A DNA stretch of 48,781 nt. It comes from Octopus bimaculoides. Its lineage: Eukaryota. The position numbers were made by a program, and so were the translations under genes. Within the stretch, counting starts at the first letter, position 1. Every line of letters starts with the position of its first letter. Location of the stretch: positions 55,055,791-55,104,571 of the forward strand of contig NC_068998.1 of the NCBI RefSeq assembly GCF_001194135.2. Direction: 5' to 3'. The notes below the pieces were generated by a model. The model was not told the DNA's origin. It saw nothing but the letters and a program-made list of their open reading frames with translations, and ran no database searches. This document shows positions 34,275-48,736 of this stretch, one piece after another.

Positions 34275-36371
34275 ACACATTAGTAGTTGACTGTCTGGAG
34301 TTGATCAGCAAGTTTTGTTTTCCATTGCCCAGAGTGTCCAGAAGTCTCCTCCCCCTCCTTCACTGCACCAAACAGGCTGAGAGGATCCATCAAGTTTTAT
34401 TGCTGATGACCCACCCATGCAACAGGTTGGACTGGGTTATGTGCTACATATGGCGCTCACAAGGGATCATATTACCTACATACACACATACAGAAATACA
34501 GATATGCTTGCATACATGCATAGAAGCATACACACATGTATGTATGTACATATACACATGCAAACAGTAGGACATTTACAGACAACTGCTTTGAAATCTA
34601 AACTGCTTCTCTCCCCATCATATAAATTTATATTCATAAATTAATAAAAGTCCAAATGGCAATCTTGGAAAGACAGAGCTCTCAGGCAAAATAAATGACC
34701 AGCTCACACACACTTCTCAAACACAATCTGTAAGTGGAAATGTAAAAGTATGCAAAACTTTTCTAAAGTTCAACAAGTAACACTAATTTCTTTTATAATC
34801 CACATTTCAGTGAGCATCGTTTTATTTCCTTGTTAGAAACCAGCTCCTTACCAAAACAACTGAAATAATTTTTTTAAATAGATACATACATGCATGCATA
34901 GATATATGCATAATGCATGCATGTATGTATGTGAGCAAACAAATCAATGACTTTTCATTGCAATAATAATTTTTTTTTAACTGCAGCAAGTCAAGAGATA
35001 AGATAATGGTCCATTGTGTAATCGGTGAGTGTGTCATTCATGTCTCAAATCTGTTTATGAATCTGGGAAAAGGAATGAAAAACTCCTGCAGTGAATTATT
35101 GCCAAAGAAAACACTGAGATTCTGCTCCATTTTGAGTGGGGGCAGTATGTAAAGACTTGTCTGGCGTGTTATTTTATTATACCTGGATGAATAAAGCATA
35201 AAGTTGACCCAACCAGATTTTGATCTTAGAAACTTGATATTGAAATGCATCTAACATGACATTGAACCAGTTTTTAGTGTAATAGCAAGATACATTCATT
35301 CAAATTTAGGACAAGTATTCAATATAAGTATGACTCAGAAAGTTTTCTTCTTTACTAACTTGATCATCCAGAATGTCAGAAGTGTATTTAAGCAATTCTA
35401 TGTTAATATGAAAATGTCTGAGAAAGATATCATTAATGTGTTTGAGGTTACAAAACTGGAATAAATATGGTTTGGATTATCTAAAGACATTAGCGTTTTC
35501 ATTCAAACATTACTGTATTTACTGTTTACCACTGTTTATGCCCACAGGAATAACAGACAATCTTCAAGAGATCAGCAATGATCAATAACACACTGCTGAT
35601 GGCAAAGGCATTTGAGAAGTGGATAGAATATCTCAATATTATTTTCTGACTGTCTCTGCTCTGAGTTCAAATCGTACCAAAGTCAGCTTTGCTTTACATT
35701 CTTTCAGGGCCAATAAAATGTACCAGTCCAGGACTGTAGATTAGAGGAACAGTAGAAACATTGGTGGGTGTTGAACTCTGAAGGTCCCGGTTTCAGTTCC
35801 TAGATCATTCCACATTGCTCCAGTCTACTCAGTTGTCAAATAAACCCCAAATGAAAACTAATCCAGCCTTCTTTCCCACAAGGAGTCACAGCCTCACTTA
35901 ACTCCATTGAGTCAAGAGTGGGAGCACCAAAGGGCATCAATAAGTGTTAGACTTACAAAGACTAAGTCCTGGGATCAATTTGCTCGACTAAAGGCAATGC
36001 TCCAGCATGGCCGCAGTCAAATGACTGAAACAAGTAAAAGAGAGTATGCATGCATGTATGTATGTATGTAAGCATAGATAGATAGATAGATAGATATACA
36101 AGGTTAAGATCTAGGATCCAAGTGTAGGAAGTGTGTAAGCTTCAAGCAGCCCATGGTATGGAGAGCAGAAAGCAGACAGTGTACAATGTGTACAATAAGA
36201 AATCGTGTCATAAACCTCATTAGCATACAGCTGTTTCTGCTATGAGATGCAATCCACTCATAGTTGAATGCTTTTGTATCAGCTTGTAGCTTCATCAGAG
36301 CCTCAAACATGTGGTGCAATTTTATCAATTTTATTTGGAAAGCATTTACATTTATATATATATATATATAT

Positions 36372-37186
36372 NNNNNNNNNNNNNNNNNNNNNNNNNNNNN
36401 NNNNNNNNNNNNNNNNNNNNNNNNNNNNNNNNNNNNNNNNNNNNNNNNNNNNNNNNNNNNNNNNNNNNNNNNNNNNNNNNNNNNNNNNNNNNNNNNNNNN
36501 NNNNNNNNNNNNNNNNNNNNNNNNNNNNNNNNNNNNNNNNNNNNNNNNNNNNNNNNNNNNNNNNNNNNNNNNNNNNNNNNNNNNNNNNNNNNNNNNNNNN
36601 NNNNNNNNNNNNNNNNNNNNNNNNNNNNNNNNNNNNNNNNNNNNNNNNNNNNNNNNNNNNNNNNNNNNNNNNNNNNNNNNNNNNNNNNNNNNNNNNNNNN
36701 NNNNNNNNNNNNNNNNNNNNNNNNNNNNNNNNNNNNNNNNNNNNNNNNNNNNNNNNNNNNNNNNNNNNNNNNNNNNNNNNNNNNNNNNNNNNNNNNNNNN
36801 NNNNNNNNNNNNNNNNNNNNNNNNNNNNNNNNNNNNNNNNNNNNNNNNNNNNNNNNNNNNNNNNNNNNNNNNNNNNNNNNNNNNNNNNNNNNNNNNNNNN
36901 NNNNNNNNNNNNNNNNNNNNNNNNNNNNNNNNNNNNNNNNNNNNNNNNNNNNNNNNNNNNNNNNNNNNNNNNNNNNNNNNNNNNNNNNNNNNNNNNNNNN
37001 NNNNNNNNNNNNNNNNNNNNNNNNNNNNNNNNNNNNNNNNNNNNNNNNNNNNNNNNNNNNNNNNNNNNNNNNNNNNNNNNNNNNNNNNNNNNNNNNNNNN
37101 NNNNNNNNNNNNNNNNNNNNNNNNNNNNNNNNNNNNNNNNNNNNNNNNNNNNNNNNNNNNNNNNNNNNNNNNNNNNNNNNNNNNNN
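36372..37186. other. Largest assembly gap; others at 1853-2100, 6425-6580, 25562-25688, 27910-27919, 44055-44064 and 47546-47645
   Basis: Runs of N, mostly abutting (TA)n tracts. Confidence 1.
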
Positions 37187-37374
37187 GGGGGTGGAATTTG
37201 AAAGGGTCAAATTGTGTGCAGGTAGGTTCACAAGGGAAAGTGCGAGATAGAGGGGAGGGGAATACAGCAGATGGTGAGCATGGGTGGTGGAAGGAGAGAA
37301 GATGAATTATGGGGAAGAAGTTTGTCAGGGATGCATGAACATAAAGGCATCTCCTTTATGGCTTCCATTTTTAC

Positions 37375-37560
37375 TTAATTGGATGCGTTTTCTCAAGCAG
37401 AGCAAAATTGCCAATCGTTTCTGTCTTTTGTCATCTTTTCTGTGAGGCTCAACATCTCAGCATCATTTTCCATCTCTTTGGCCCAAGTTCTCCTAGGTCT
37501 TCCTTTTCCACAAGTTCCCTCCACATTCAGGCAACGGCACTTTTTTATGCAGCTGTCTTC
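37375..37560 (-). mobile_element. RTE LINE ORF2 C-terminal fragment
   Basis: The minus strand reads EDSCIKKCRCLNVEGTCGKGRPRRTWAKEMENDAEMLSLTEKMTKDRNDW, homologous to 47673-47886. Confidence 0.88.
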
Positions 37561-40500
37561 GTTTAGGGTAGGAACATACTTTTTGGGGAAGTTAATTGTT
37601 ATGGCTGGTCATAGAGTGACCACTAGTTTCACACCTACAATGCACTACAAGGCTGCATAAGTGAGTTGTCAGGCTTAAATGGCCACCAGTCATCAGGGTC
37701 TGACAAGATGTTGTAAAGCAAAGAGCTTTATGGATGTGAAACACTGGGAAACCCTATAAACCAGCCATAACTATCTAAATATATATTTAAAGATGGTTTT
37801 ATATATAAATCTATATATATATATATATAGATAGAGAGAGAGAGAGAGGAGTCGCAATATATCATAGAGCACTCAATATATGAAAAAGAGTTAAATATAA
37901 GATTATATTACAATTATGTGAAGTTATTAGAACTACATGATTCTTTCTCACAAGCCTCCTCCAGAGCTATAGTTGTCAGACAATCCAGCCTGACCTTGTC
38001 TGATGACCATAGTTCTAAAGGAGTGGAAGAAACTCTCTGCAAAGCTGTTCTTATAAGTTCATATAATTGTAATATAACACACACACATATACAAGCACAT
38101 ATAAACACACATGAATACTCACACAAATAATAATGTGTGTGTACATGCACACATAGTATGTATGAGTGTAAATGTATATATAAGTATTATACAGACAGTG
38201 TGGTGACCTCAATCAGGACTTTGAAGCATGACGACCCTGTCTGACATGAGTCCCAGGCACAGCTGATAGTACCAAGTATGTGCCTGTATATAAGCCACCC
38301 TTAGCCATCAGTGGCTTGCAAGTATGAATTGGTAGCTTTGTATATTGCTTTGGGTACCTGGGTAGTAACGAGAAGACACAAACATCTCGTTAGCTCATCC
38401 CGCCCCCACCTCACCCTTGGTCCAGTAGAGCATCAAGGTGTGATGGTGGAGATAAGAGAGGCTGCTCCCTGCACTAGGTGGAACACATTTACAGCTAAGT
38501 GTCTTGCTCAAGGTCTCAGAATGCTATCCAGTCTAGGAACCATTATTATGCACACACACATGCGTCTATACATACATTATGTGTGTGTGTGTATATATAT
38601 GTATATGTGCACACATATATACTCATGTGTGTGTATATGTATTATATATACCAACATGAGTGTGTGTGTGTATATATACATGTGTATATACATTCACATA
38701 TTGACATGTATACATCTACTTAAAATATACAGGCATATACACATACACACTTAAAAATGTCATCAATTCTTAAGAGAAATATATTCCATCCAAATGTTTG
38801 TTGATGTTATTCCTAACACATTTTTATTTAATATGATAGACACAGGTGGTTCTCAAATGCACAAAACTGAGAGGAGAAGATTTCGCGTGGCGGGAGTTCC
38901 TAAGAATCAGGAAAAGGAAGCGAAATATGATGACAACTCGCCGAATGAGGGTGTGATGTTAAAACAGACTGGGCAGCTAAAACTTAGGATTAGCTTTTCT
39001 TTTTTCTTTCTTTTTTTTTTTTTAAAGAAATAACTTCTTTAATAGAATTTTAACTTTTTCAACTTTTCTTGTAAATATACCTAAATATATTTGCTTTATC
39101 ATACTTTGAGGAGATTTTTAAAAATTATGTTAACTTGTCGCAAAGTAATGTAATTAAAAATTCGCTGCTCGCAACGAAATGTTGAAATTGTCGAAAAAGA
39201 AGCATTTTAAAGGTGAACATGTATTTATTGCGAGGGTCTTTTTTTATTCCTAGAGACGTAATGGTCTTTGGTGGCAAAAATGTTTTAAAATGCACAAAGG
39301 AAGGGAGCCTGCTTCAAAAATACTTCCCGAATAAAGGACGAAAAAAAAAAACTTAGCCGACTTCCTTAGACATATGTGCGTGTGTGCATCCTACATGTGC
39401 TGTTAGTTGTAGTGATAAGCCGCACATAAGCCATCATGTATCGATTATTAAAATGTATCTGCCACCCATTACCTTATGCAACTAAGTAAATAGCGAAATG
39501 CTGTTTTCGTATTGAAATGTGAAGAGCAAATTTCCCAAAGTGCTTCACTGTCAGGCTTAGGCTGTTCCGTTCAACTTTCATCACTCCCCTTGATTTCGTG
39601 TCGACAGGAGTGGATAAATGACACAAATTGGTCGATTAAAAAAATCGCTTGATCCTCAGCATTTCAGTATCGATTAACTTTAAATTCGGTAGGTACAGCG
39701 ATAATCCTCAAGCTGTAGATGATCCATCTAGCATCGAGTCAGAATCCTATATAGGCAGTTGTCTATACGGCAGAAGTAAGAACTGTAGCTTCCTAAAGCA
39801 GGCTGTTTCTTAGCCGTGTTGGTTGGCGAGGAGGATAGGGGCAAAGAAATATTTCCATATCATACAAGTAATTTGTTAAGACACTGGGGGGAAAAAGAAG
39901 GACCATTCGGTCGACAGCTTGGTTTTCTTGTGGGGGTTTCCAGGGGAACGTTTCATACACGTATTCAGCAAGCAAGAGTCATTCTATCTGGACTAACAGG
40001 AGTGCGAGTTAAAGCTATTTTTCAGATCTACCGGTGAGATATAGGGCTTTTTTTCTCCCCCTTTCAATGTCTCCATTCCTTGATGTTTTATTAGTATTTG
40101 TTTAGTGTGTTTATATAATATATATATATTTACCTATATGATTTCTCTGCCTGATAGTTTTCGGCAGAAAGAAACTAGTTTTAATTATAGAACAGGTTAG
40201 AAGTGTGTCACTGGTTTTTATCAGTGATCTATGGTTGAATTCTGTTGAATTCCTCCAATCTACAACTCGAAACACTGATGTCGAGAGATTTTTAGTAGAC
40301 GTCTACACTTCTTACTCGTCGACTGTTCGTAAGTATGTCTGTGAGTGTGTCTAGCTTGCAGAGCAAAGAACACTTCGAACGCTCCAGAGAGCTGTCTTCT
40401 ACTTGACTATCCAAGTCAATTATTAAAAATATTTCATGTCTATTTGTCATACATTATCAACTGATATTGTATAATATTATCTTCAAAATCGTTTATTGTT

Positions 40501-40574
40501 ATCACTATTATCTGTTGGTATATGTAAATAAATCTAAGCATATATTTCGAAACCTTTAATCTTGAACATACCAA

Positions 40575-40880
40575 CCAAATTACTACTATTAGTATTACTA
40601 TTTGTTAGTGAGGGTAGTAGTGGTTGTCATCGCTGCAACACTATCAACAGTAATAGTCGTCGTCGTTGTAATTGTCTTCTGTTAACACTATTACTAATAC
40701 CACCGCCACCACCACCACCGTGACAATTGGTGTTGCTGATAGTGGTCGGTCGTTGCAGCACGGTTAGTATTAATTACTATTGCTACTAGTGTTAGTAGTA
40801 GTAATCATGATCCAAATAGTGAGTGGTGGTACTACTACTACTCACTAATGATAGTACTACTACTACTACTACTAACTATT
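40575..40880. repeat. Degenerate mixed trinucleotide tract (TAC/TAG/CAC/GTC)
   Basis: Alternating (tac)n, (tag)n, (acc)n and (gtc)n runs upstream of the Gnaq exon. Confidence 0.8.
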
Positions 40881-40963
40881 ATCAGCCCTGCTGCTACCCT
40901 CAGTCGGTTCGCTGCTAATTATACCTCCGCCCTCTTTACTATTTACCCTCTTACTATCACCAG

Positions 40964-41355
<392 letters not shown>

Positions 41356-44300
41356 TAACATAAACCAATTCTTCTCCATTCACACCCCTACCACTCCCAT
41401 TTTTTCTGCCTTCTCGTCTTGTCTTGCTTCCTCTCTCCTTCGTTCTCCCTTACTACACACAACATCACACATATATATTAAGAGATACATTCTGATTTTG
41501 CTAGTCTCTCACTGTGTATGTGTGTCTACATGGCTGTGTACGATCGTGTATATATATATATGTATACACACCTTCCAAGCCTAATCTCACCATATATGTA
41601 TTTAGTTTTAGACATTCTATACTCTCTCTCTCACTTATACACAAGATACACACAGCAGTATATATAGCAGTGTGTAATGCTGTTTTCATAACTGCAGCGT
41701 TACTCCAGTTGAAGACGTATTAGACACATCCTTACCACATCTAACTCTCTATTATACATAATGAAACTGGTGTAGATATATAGGATTCGGGTCATGGCTA
41801 CAAGAATGTATTTTCTTGGCGTACATCTATCACACCTTTTTTTCTTTCCTCTCTCTAATATTTATCATCTAAAATTCCGATCTGTTCGATTTTGTCAAGG
41901 ATCAAACTAATTACACGTATATATAATTCGTTTGTTTACAGCTGGGCTTGTTAAATGGAAAAGATGGAACAGATTTCTTTATCCATCCATCTATCCATCT
42001 CATCCCTTTCTCCGTACATCACGTTCCGACACTTTTTTTTCCATCTTTGTTATCATGAGTTGTCGCCAACCCTTCCTTGTCGTCAAATGTTGTCAGTGGG
42101 TGTGGAGCCATCATTTCACTTCTTTCATCCATTGCCTTTCCCTCTCCCTCACTCTTAATTGTTTTTCTTTTTTTGTTTTGTTTTTCTTTCTCCCCCCTCC
42201 CCAGTTTTTTTTCTTTCTTCTTGATGATGGTTTGTTTGTCTCTGTCTAATTTCTGCAACTCTATCCGTTGCTGGTGTTTCAACTACCAAGGCCCTTCCTT
42301 TTTCCATTTTCTGCTGTTTTTTGGCCGCCATGTTGAATAATTATCGTTTTCTCATAATAATGTCAGGTGCTTGCTCTTCCGATGGTAACATTTGCTGCTC
42401 CTCCGGCCTCAACTACCATTTATTTCGCTGCCGACGATTCTTCAACAGGGAGCTGCCTTTTCATGCTTTTTTTTCCTCCCCTATTTCCTTTCTACTTCTT
42501 TATTCCATTCTTTCTTTTCCCTTAATTTCCTGTCTCTATTTTTTCCTTCTTTAAACTAACCGAAAGTTAAGAATAAAAGTTGAATATTTTCTCGGGTTCT
42601 TCTTTTTTTTTTTTTTGTCTCCTTCTTCTTCTTTTCCATCATCCGGAAGCCAAAGCCGAAGTTGGTGCAATTGTGCCAGTGGCCCTAACTTTGTTGATAG
42701 TTATCTTTGATCGCCATGGGTGCCGCCATTTTAGCTGAAGAACTTACCTCCATCGGAAACCCGGCTTTTTTTTCGCTCTAATTTCTTTGACTCGTTCAAC
42801 GGTTCTCTTCAACTGTCAGTTTTTTATTTAGTAATTGTCACTTAGGTTTTGTTATTTTATTGCTACCTGTGCAGGCTATTATTAACCGTTCTGCTTTCCA
42901 ATTCCAACGGCAATTACATCAAATAAAATAAATGAGGTGAACGCAAACGATAAAAATGGTTTTAACTGGAACATTTCAGTTCTTCATTTTCCAACTTGGC
43001 TTATCGTCTCAAAATCTGTTCGTTTGGCTGAAGATGTCCATCTTTTCTCCATCTATCTAACCTCAGCCAACTGGTCCGTAACTCTGCCATTATTCCTCGT
43101 CTCTCCTCATCTCACCGATCTATCTTTTCCCTTGTATCAATCTTGTCTGCTTTAATAACCAGATAGATTTCAAGTACTCCTCCACTACCAACTGGCGCTG
43201 CCCATTCCGTGAATTTCAGCTAAATTAGCTCTCTTTCATGCGTTGAACCGCTAGCTGCTCGCTTTTTTTAAATAATTCATTCTAGTTAAATTATCACAGA
43301 TGGTTAAGTGGAGAGACGTGAAGATTTTTGCAACAGAACGACTGTTGATGACTTTTAAAACCCACCATAGATTATAATTATTTGCTTTTCTAAATCCCAT
43401 TTTTATTTTCAGACATTTTGCAAAGTTGTACAAAAAACATTTTTTTTTTAAATGAGATTCGTCAAAAGCTTTAATATTTGTCAAATATGTTTCCATCTCT
43501 GACATTGATCTATTTACGTAGAGGAAACCTCCCAGTGGTCCTATATCCGTATGGATTTGTTAAATCGTCATTATCTCTGGCATTTTTGATTTAAAAGATT
43601 AAGTAAACACGGACAATAAGCATTCCAGGTTATCTCATCTCTACAGATCGTAACATTCAATTGTGACCATAATAAATTAATTAGTAGAAAATAAAAGATC
43701 TGCATTTATTATAAATTGAGCAGATCGTTTTTTTTTTCTGGCTACACTTGTAATAATTTTTAATTCCCTTGACTGAAACTGGTGATATTATTATAGGAGA
43801 AGTGTCTAATAAAATGTCAATTGATGGACATTTCTGACGACTACCGGCAACGCTTTAAAATGGTCTTCCTGTTAAACTTTTTCAACATGTTCAAATTTCC
43901 CGACTCTATTTTTTTAATCCTGATAGACTTAGATCTAAAATTTAATTCATCCAAGTTTATATAATATTAGTCTTTTGACAGAGTTTAGATTACAATGCAA
44001 AATCTAATTCCTTTGCATTTCAAGTCACTTTCGAAGGCAAAGTTGTGTGTGCGCNNNNNNNNNNTATATATGACTTCTTGATCACTTCCAAATTATCAGC
44101 AGATCTCTATTCTGTTGCAATATATACTTATTGGGGTTTTTGTGAAATAGGTGGGTTTTTTTTGGGGGGGGTGGAGTGGATGAGAAGCAAAAGTGCAAAG
44201 CAAAAATTCCTGCATTTCGATGTTTCCTTGTCTCTTTATTATCTCGACTTGTTACAAATGATCAATGTTGCAATTTGGATTGCAGCAACAGTTTGTTTTA

Positions 44301-47257
44301 CTTATAATGCTTCACTCCGGTCTACTTGTGCTTCAAGTAGTGAATTGTGTTCGTATTTTTATTTAATGTTTTCAAACTAGTTTTCATGTCAACCTCAAAC
44401 ATTACTCATTTACAAGTGATGCTACATGCAGAATTAGCTTTCTGCAAGTGCCAGGATCACTCTGAATTAAATACTTGCTCATTTTTAATCAGAAGCTCTA
44501 TTTTATTTAAATAACTAAATTCGCTGTTCAGAAGTTCTTTAAAATGCCTATATTTATCTTTTTAATGACTTGGCCTTCTCATATAAATTTTATTTTTAAC
44601 AAGGACTTGTGTTGATGCTTTTTTCATCTTCAATAGGCAACCTTGTTCTTTCTGATAAGGTGGCCTTTCACAAGTGAAACATTGTATGCCTTGTAAATAT
44701 ATAACATTATCTCAGTGTGTTTGTGAATATACCATTTATTTGTGTATATGTATAAGAGTATTTACCACACATTCATTTTAATAGTTTATTCCTCATCTAT
44801 GCTCTTAATTTGTGTGTATGAATTGGAAATCTCTGACGGCATTCAATTTTACTGTAATCATTCAAACAAATTCTTTCTTAATTAGTTTTTCTTTTCTTTC
44901 TTTTTTTTGTGTGTGTCGCGTTAAGAGTGTTGTTCAGTTGACCATCACCAATAATTGTTGACTTGAAACATTAGTTTCTCGTTTCGATGGAATATTTCGT
45001 ATTGACTTGATTTCTATTGGATATTTTCCTAAATTTAACTTATTTTGTAATTATTGCTATTTCTTGGAGTAAAATTAATGCAATTTGAATTATCCTTAAC
45101 GATTATGTTTGAAATTTATTTTTATTTCAATGCTGTTTAAATCGAGTGATTGACCAACATATTTAGAATGGACATAGAATCTAATTTCTTGCCAGTCTTT
45201 TTCATACATATTTTTGGTCAGTACAATAGAAAAGTATTAAAAATGTCAATAAATATCACTTCTTCGATGTTTAACTTTTTTTCTTTTATGCTTGTTTTTA
45301 AATAATATTGGTTATGTAAGGAAAGTAATTTTGAAATGACATCCTTCAGCAAGTTGTCGACATCTTAACTGATCTGAACGAAGGTCAGCAATTTCCTGTA
45401 CAGTTTTCTCATCTAATTACTGTTCGTGCTGCCCTATCTTTTAATGACTGTCTCAAACATAAAAGTTTTACATTTTCTACTGTTCAGAAATATGGTTTAT
45501 CAATAGTACATGTTCAGTAGACTATACTATTGGACAATACAATATTGATCAAATATTGCAAATAATCGATATTAATGATAGTAGTGGTCTTGATCTTGCC
45601 CATTTTTGTTTAAATAATGCTAGTAAACCTAACAGGTTTTACTTTTGTTTCTCTCTTGATTTTATTGCTTCTGCAGCCGATACATGATGGACAAAGCTCA
45701 TCTTCCCTTTTAATGATAGTCACTTAATAGATTTTCCAAAGCAGGTTTTAGTTTTTCTCATCTTCAAGTTTCTTAAGCCAGATCATCAATTAACATACAT
45801 TTATTATTCTCCTTATTAATGTAGCAACTTGGTTGCTATCTTACGCGTTGCACAAGATGTTTGGTCCAGTTTACTACTTGCCTTCAGTTAGGAACGTATT
45901 GGCAGATCAGATCTTTGTTATCACTAACGGTCGTGGGGTTATGAGAAAGAGAAAAAAAAAAAAAAACTCTCCTTGCAAAATTTTTTTTCTGCTGTCCAAA
46001 ACGAGTAATATTCAGTAATAGTTGGTTGACCAAAATTTCAAACTTGAATGGTGCCAAAGAAAGGGAAGGGCTGTGAAAAAGAGAGTCTGTCAAACAGGAA
46101 ATTCTATCTTTTTTTTTCTTTTTTAATCAGTTGTGTATTAACTTCTATAAACTATTGAAGCATGTAGTTTTTGTTGTTGTTTTTTTTTTAAATTTCTCCT
46201 TTATCACTTGTACTTCTTTTCATTTGACTTGCAAAGGTTAATGATAAATTTTTAACAATTATGCTTCAAATAATTTGTTTCAATTCACCTTTAACAAGTG
46301 ATGTTGTTTTAGATAAGGTATTTTGACAAAGGGTAGACTACCTGTGAAACCAATTAGGATTTGGGGAATAAAATAGTTATAAACATGATTATTTATTTTG
46401 AGCAGAAGTTCAAAGCACAGCTTGGCATATGAGTATTTTCTCAAACACCAGACAGTTTGATATTTAGTTGGTCTTCAACTGGTGTCCTATCTGGGTGTGT
46501 GTGTGTGCATGCTGTATAATTAGGAGCAGATATAGACAAATGAACTAATTGGAAGGTTCATAAGAAACTTTAGTTAGTTGAAATGAGAGACCTTTCTCAA
46601 TCACAATTCATATTCTTTATATTCTGGTTGGAAAATGTTGATTAATCAAGGCCCCTAATTGCACCAAGACAAAAGCCTGTATAAGGCCAAAACTTTGACC
46701 TACAATTGAATCCAAAGATTCAGTTTTCAGTTATACAATAAACTAATGTAAAGGGTTTAATAGGAAACCTATTTCCTACATTATTTGCTCTCTATACAGG
46801 TATCAAACTTAAGAGGAATAAGATTTCAAAAATTAGTTGATTTCTGAAAACCTTTGTAAAATATGCCTTTGGATCAAATTTAATTTTATTTCCCTTATTT
46901 TCAATTAATTTTTTAAGTAGTTAGTCATTATTATTCGTTTATATTTATTTTTTCATTTTCACATCCATTTTTCCTTGCTCACATGGGTTACACAAATATA
47001 TTATTGAGGTATTGTTTCACAGCTTAAATAGACTTCATGTCACCATATATAAAAGGTACGGTCATCTTATACCATTCTATTTCAGCTTTCTCTCCGATAT
47101 TATAGAAAAGAGATAAAACATTCTACATGTATTTTTGAGAGAATATTCTGAAATTGATTAAACATTCTTAATTTCATCCATTCTCTAAGTATATTTAGCT
47201 ATACTTCTATAAAGCAAATGACAAGGTATTTAGCACAATGGAATATATTTACTTAAA

Positions 47258-47412
47258 CAGGGAGAGGTGTGGCTGTGTAGTAAAGAAGTTTGCTCTTCAG
47301 CCACATGGTTCCAGGTTCAGACCCCACTGTGTGACACTTTGAGCAAGTGTTTTCTGCAGTAGCCCAGGGTTGACCAAAGCCTTGTAATTTGGAAGATAGA
47401 AACTGAAAGGTC
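47258..47412 (+). mobile_element. SINE family A head and core in Gnaq intron 1
   Basis: ggtgtggctgtgtagtaaagaagtttgct...ggttccaggttcagacccc...gagcaagtg...gaccaaagccttgt...gaaactgaaag. Confidence 0.85.
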
Positions 47413-47500
47413 CCTGCATGCATGCTTATGTTGCATACGTAATCATTGTAAATGATTGTCCCTGTCATCCAATATTCTGAAAGAGCATATATATATATAT

Positions 47501-47545
47501 ATGAATATATATTTATATATGAATATATATTTATATATGAATATA
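47501..47545. repeat. 18-bp tandem unit (atgaatatatatttatat), truncated by a gap
   Basis: 2.5 copies visible before the N run at 47546. Confidence 0.8.
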
Positions 47546-47672
47546 NNNNNNNNNNNNNNNNNNNNNNNNNNNNNNNNNNNNNNNNNNNNNNNNNNNNNNN
47601 NNNNNNNNNNNNNNNNNNNNNNNNNNNNNNNNNNNNNNNNNNNNNATATATATATATATATATATATATATA

Positions 47673-48368
47673 GTATGGTCATGTGGCGAGAATAGATGAC
47701 GATAGCCGTGCGAAAAAGTGCCACACCCTAGCGGTTGAGGAAACCTGTGGCAGAGGTAGACCCAGGAAGACCTGAGATGAGGTGGTGAAGCATGACATTC
47801 GAACATTAGGCCTCACCGAGGCAATTACGTCTGACCGAAACCTTTGGAAATATGCTGTGCGTGAGAAGACCAGGCAAGCCAAGTGAGACCATAATCTGAG
47901 GTCTCTAACAAAGGTGTAGCCAGCCCAGTTATCCATACCTTTCCTTTATTGGGCACTAAACTCTGTTTGTGAAGGCCTGTGGAGGCAAATGAGATTGATC
48001 CAAATTCGACGTCTGTCACCCGTACCAACCTCTCCTTTATTGGCCACTAAACTCGAAAAAAATGTGAAAAAACATTTGAGCGAGGTCGTTGCCAGTACCA
48101 CTGGACTGGCCTCCTGTGGAGGTGGCTCCTAAAAAGACACCATCTTTAGTGTGGCCGTTCCCAGTACCCCCTGAGTGGACCTCGTGCTGGTGGAACGTAA
48201 TAGCACCCACTACACTCTCAGATTGGTTGGCGTTAGGAAGGGCATCCAACTGTAGAAAATCTGCCAGAACAGATTGGAGTCTGGTGCAGCCTTCAGGTTC
48301 GCCAGTCGTTAGTCAAATCTTCCAACCCATGCTAGCATGGAAAGTGGACATTGAATGATGATGATGAT
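47673..48368 (+). mobile_element. 5'-truncated RTE LINE: ORF2 C-terminus (stop at 47884-47886), 3' UTR and (GAT)n tail, within Gnaq intron 1
   Basis: YGHVARIDDDSRAKKCHTLAVEETCGRGRPRKT*DEVVKHDIRTLGLTEAITSDRNLWKYAVREKTRQAK* contains the RTE WxGHV and GRPRKTW motifs. The 3' UTR is shared with other copies in the window and ends in tgatgatgatgat. Confidence 0.92.
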
Positions 48369-48369
48369 A

Positions 48370-48736
48370 ATTTATATACATAGTTCTATATATATCTATA
48401 TATGTACGTATGTATATATGTATGTATATATGTATAATATATATATATATATGTATGTGTATATATACATATATGTATGTGTATATATACGTATATATAT
48501 GTGTGTATATATATGTATATATATATATACATATGTATATATATATATACATATGTATATATATATACATATGTATATATATATGTATATATATGTATGT
48601 ATATATATGTATATATACGTATGTATATATATGTATATATACGTATGTGTATATATATGTATATATACGTATGTGTATATATATGTGTACATATATATAT
48701 GTATATACGTATATATATATATATATATGTATATAC

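Noticed and set aside
36104-37305. Long ORFs of 296-375 aa (likewise 1634-2416, 6216-6839, 25316-25778, 47443-47806)
   Set aside because: Artefacts of translating through N gaps.
48313-48692. YIYI/CVCV/HTHT-type ORFs here and throughout the window
   Set aside because: Translations of (TA)n, (CA)n and (GA)n microsatellites.
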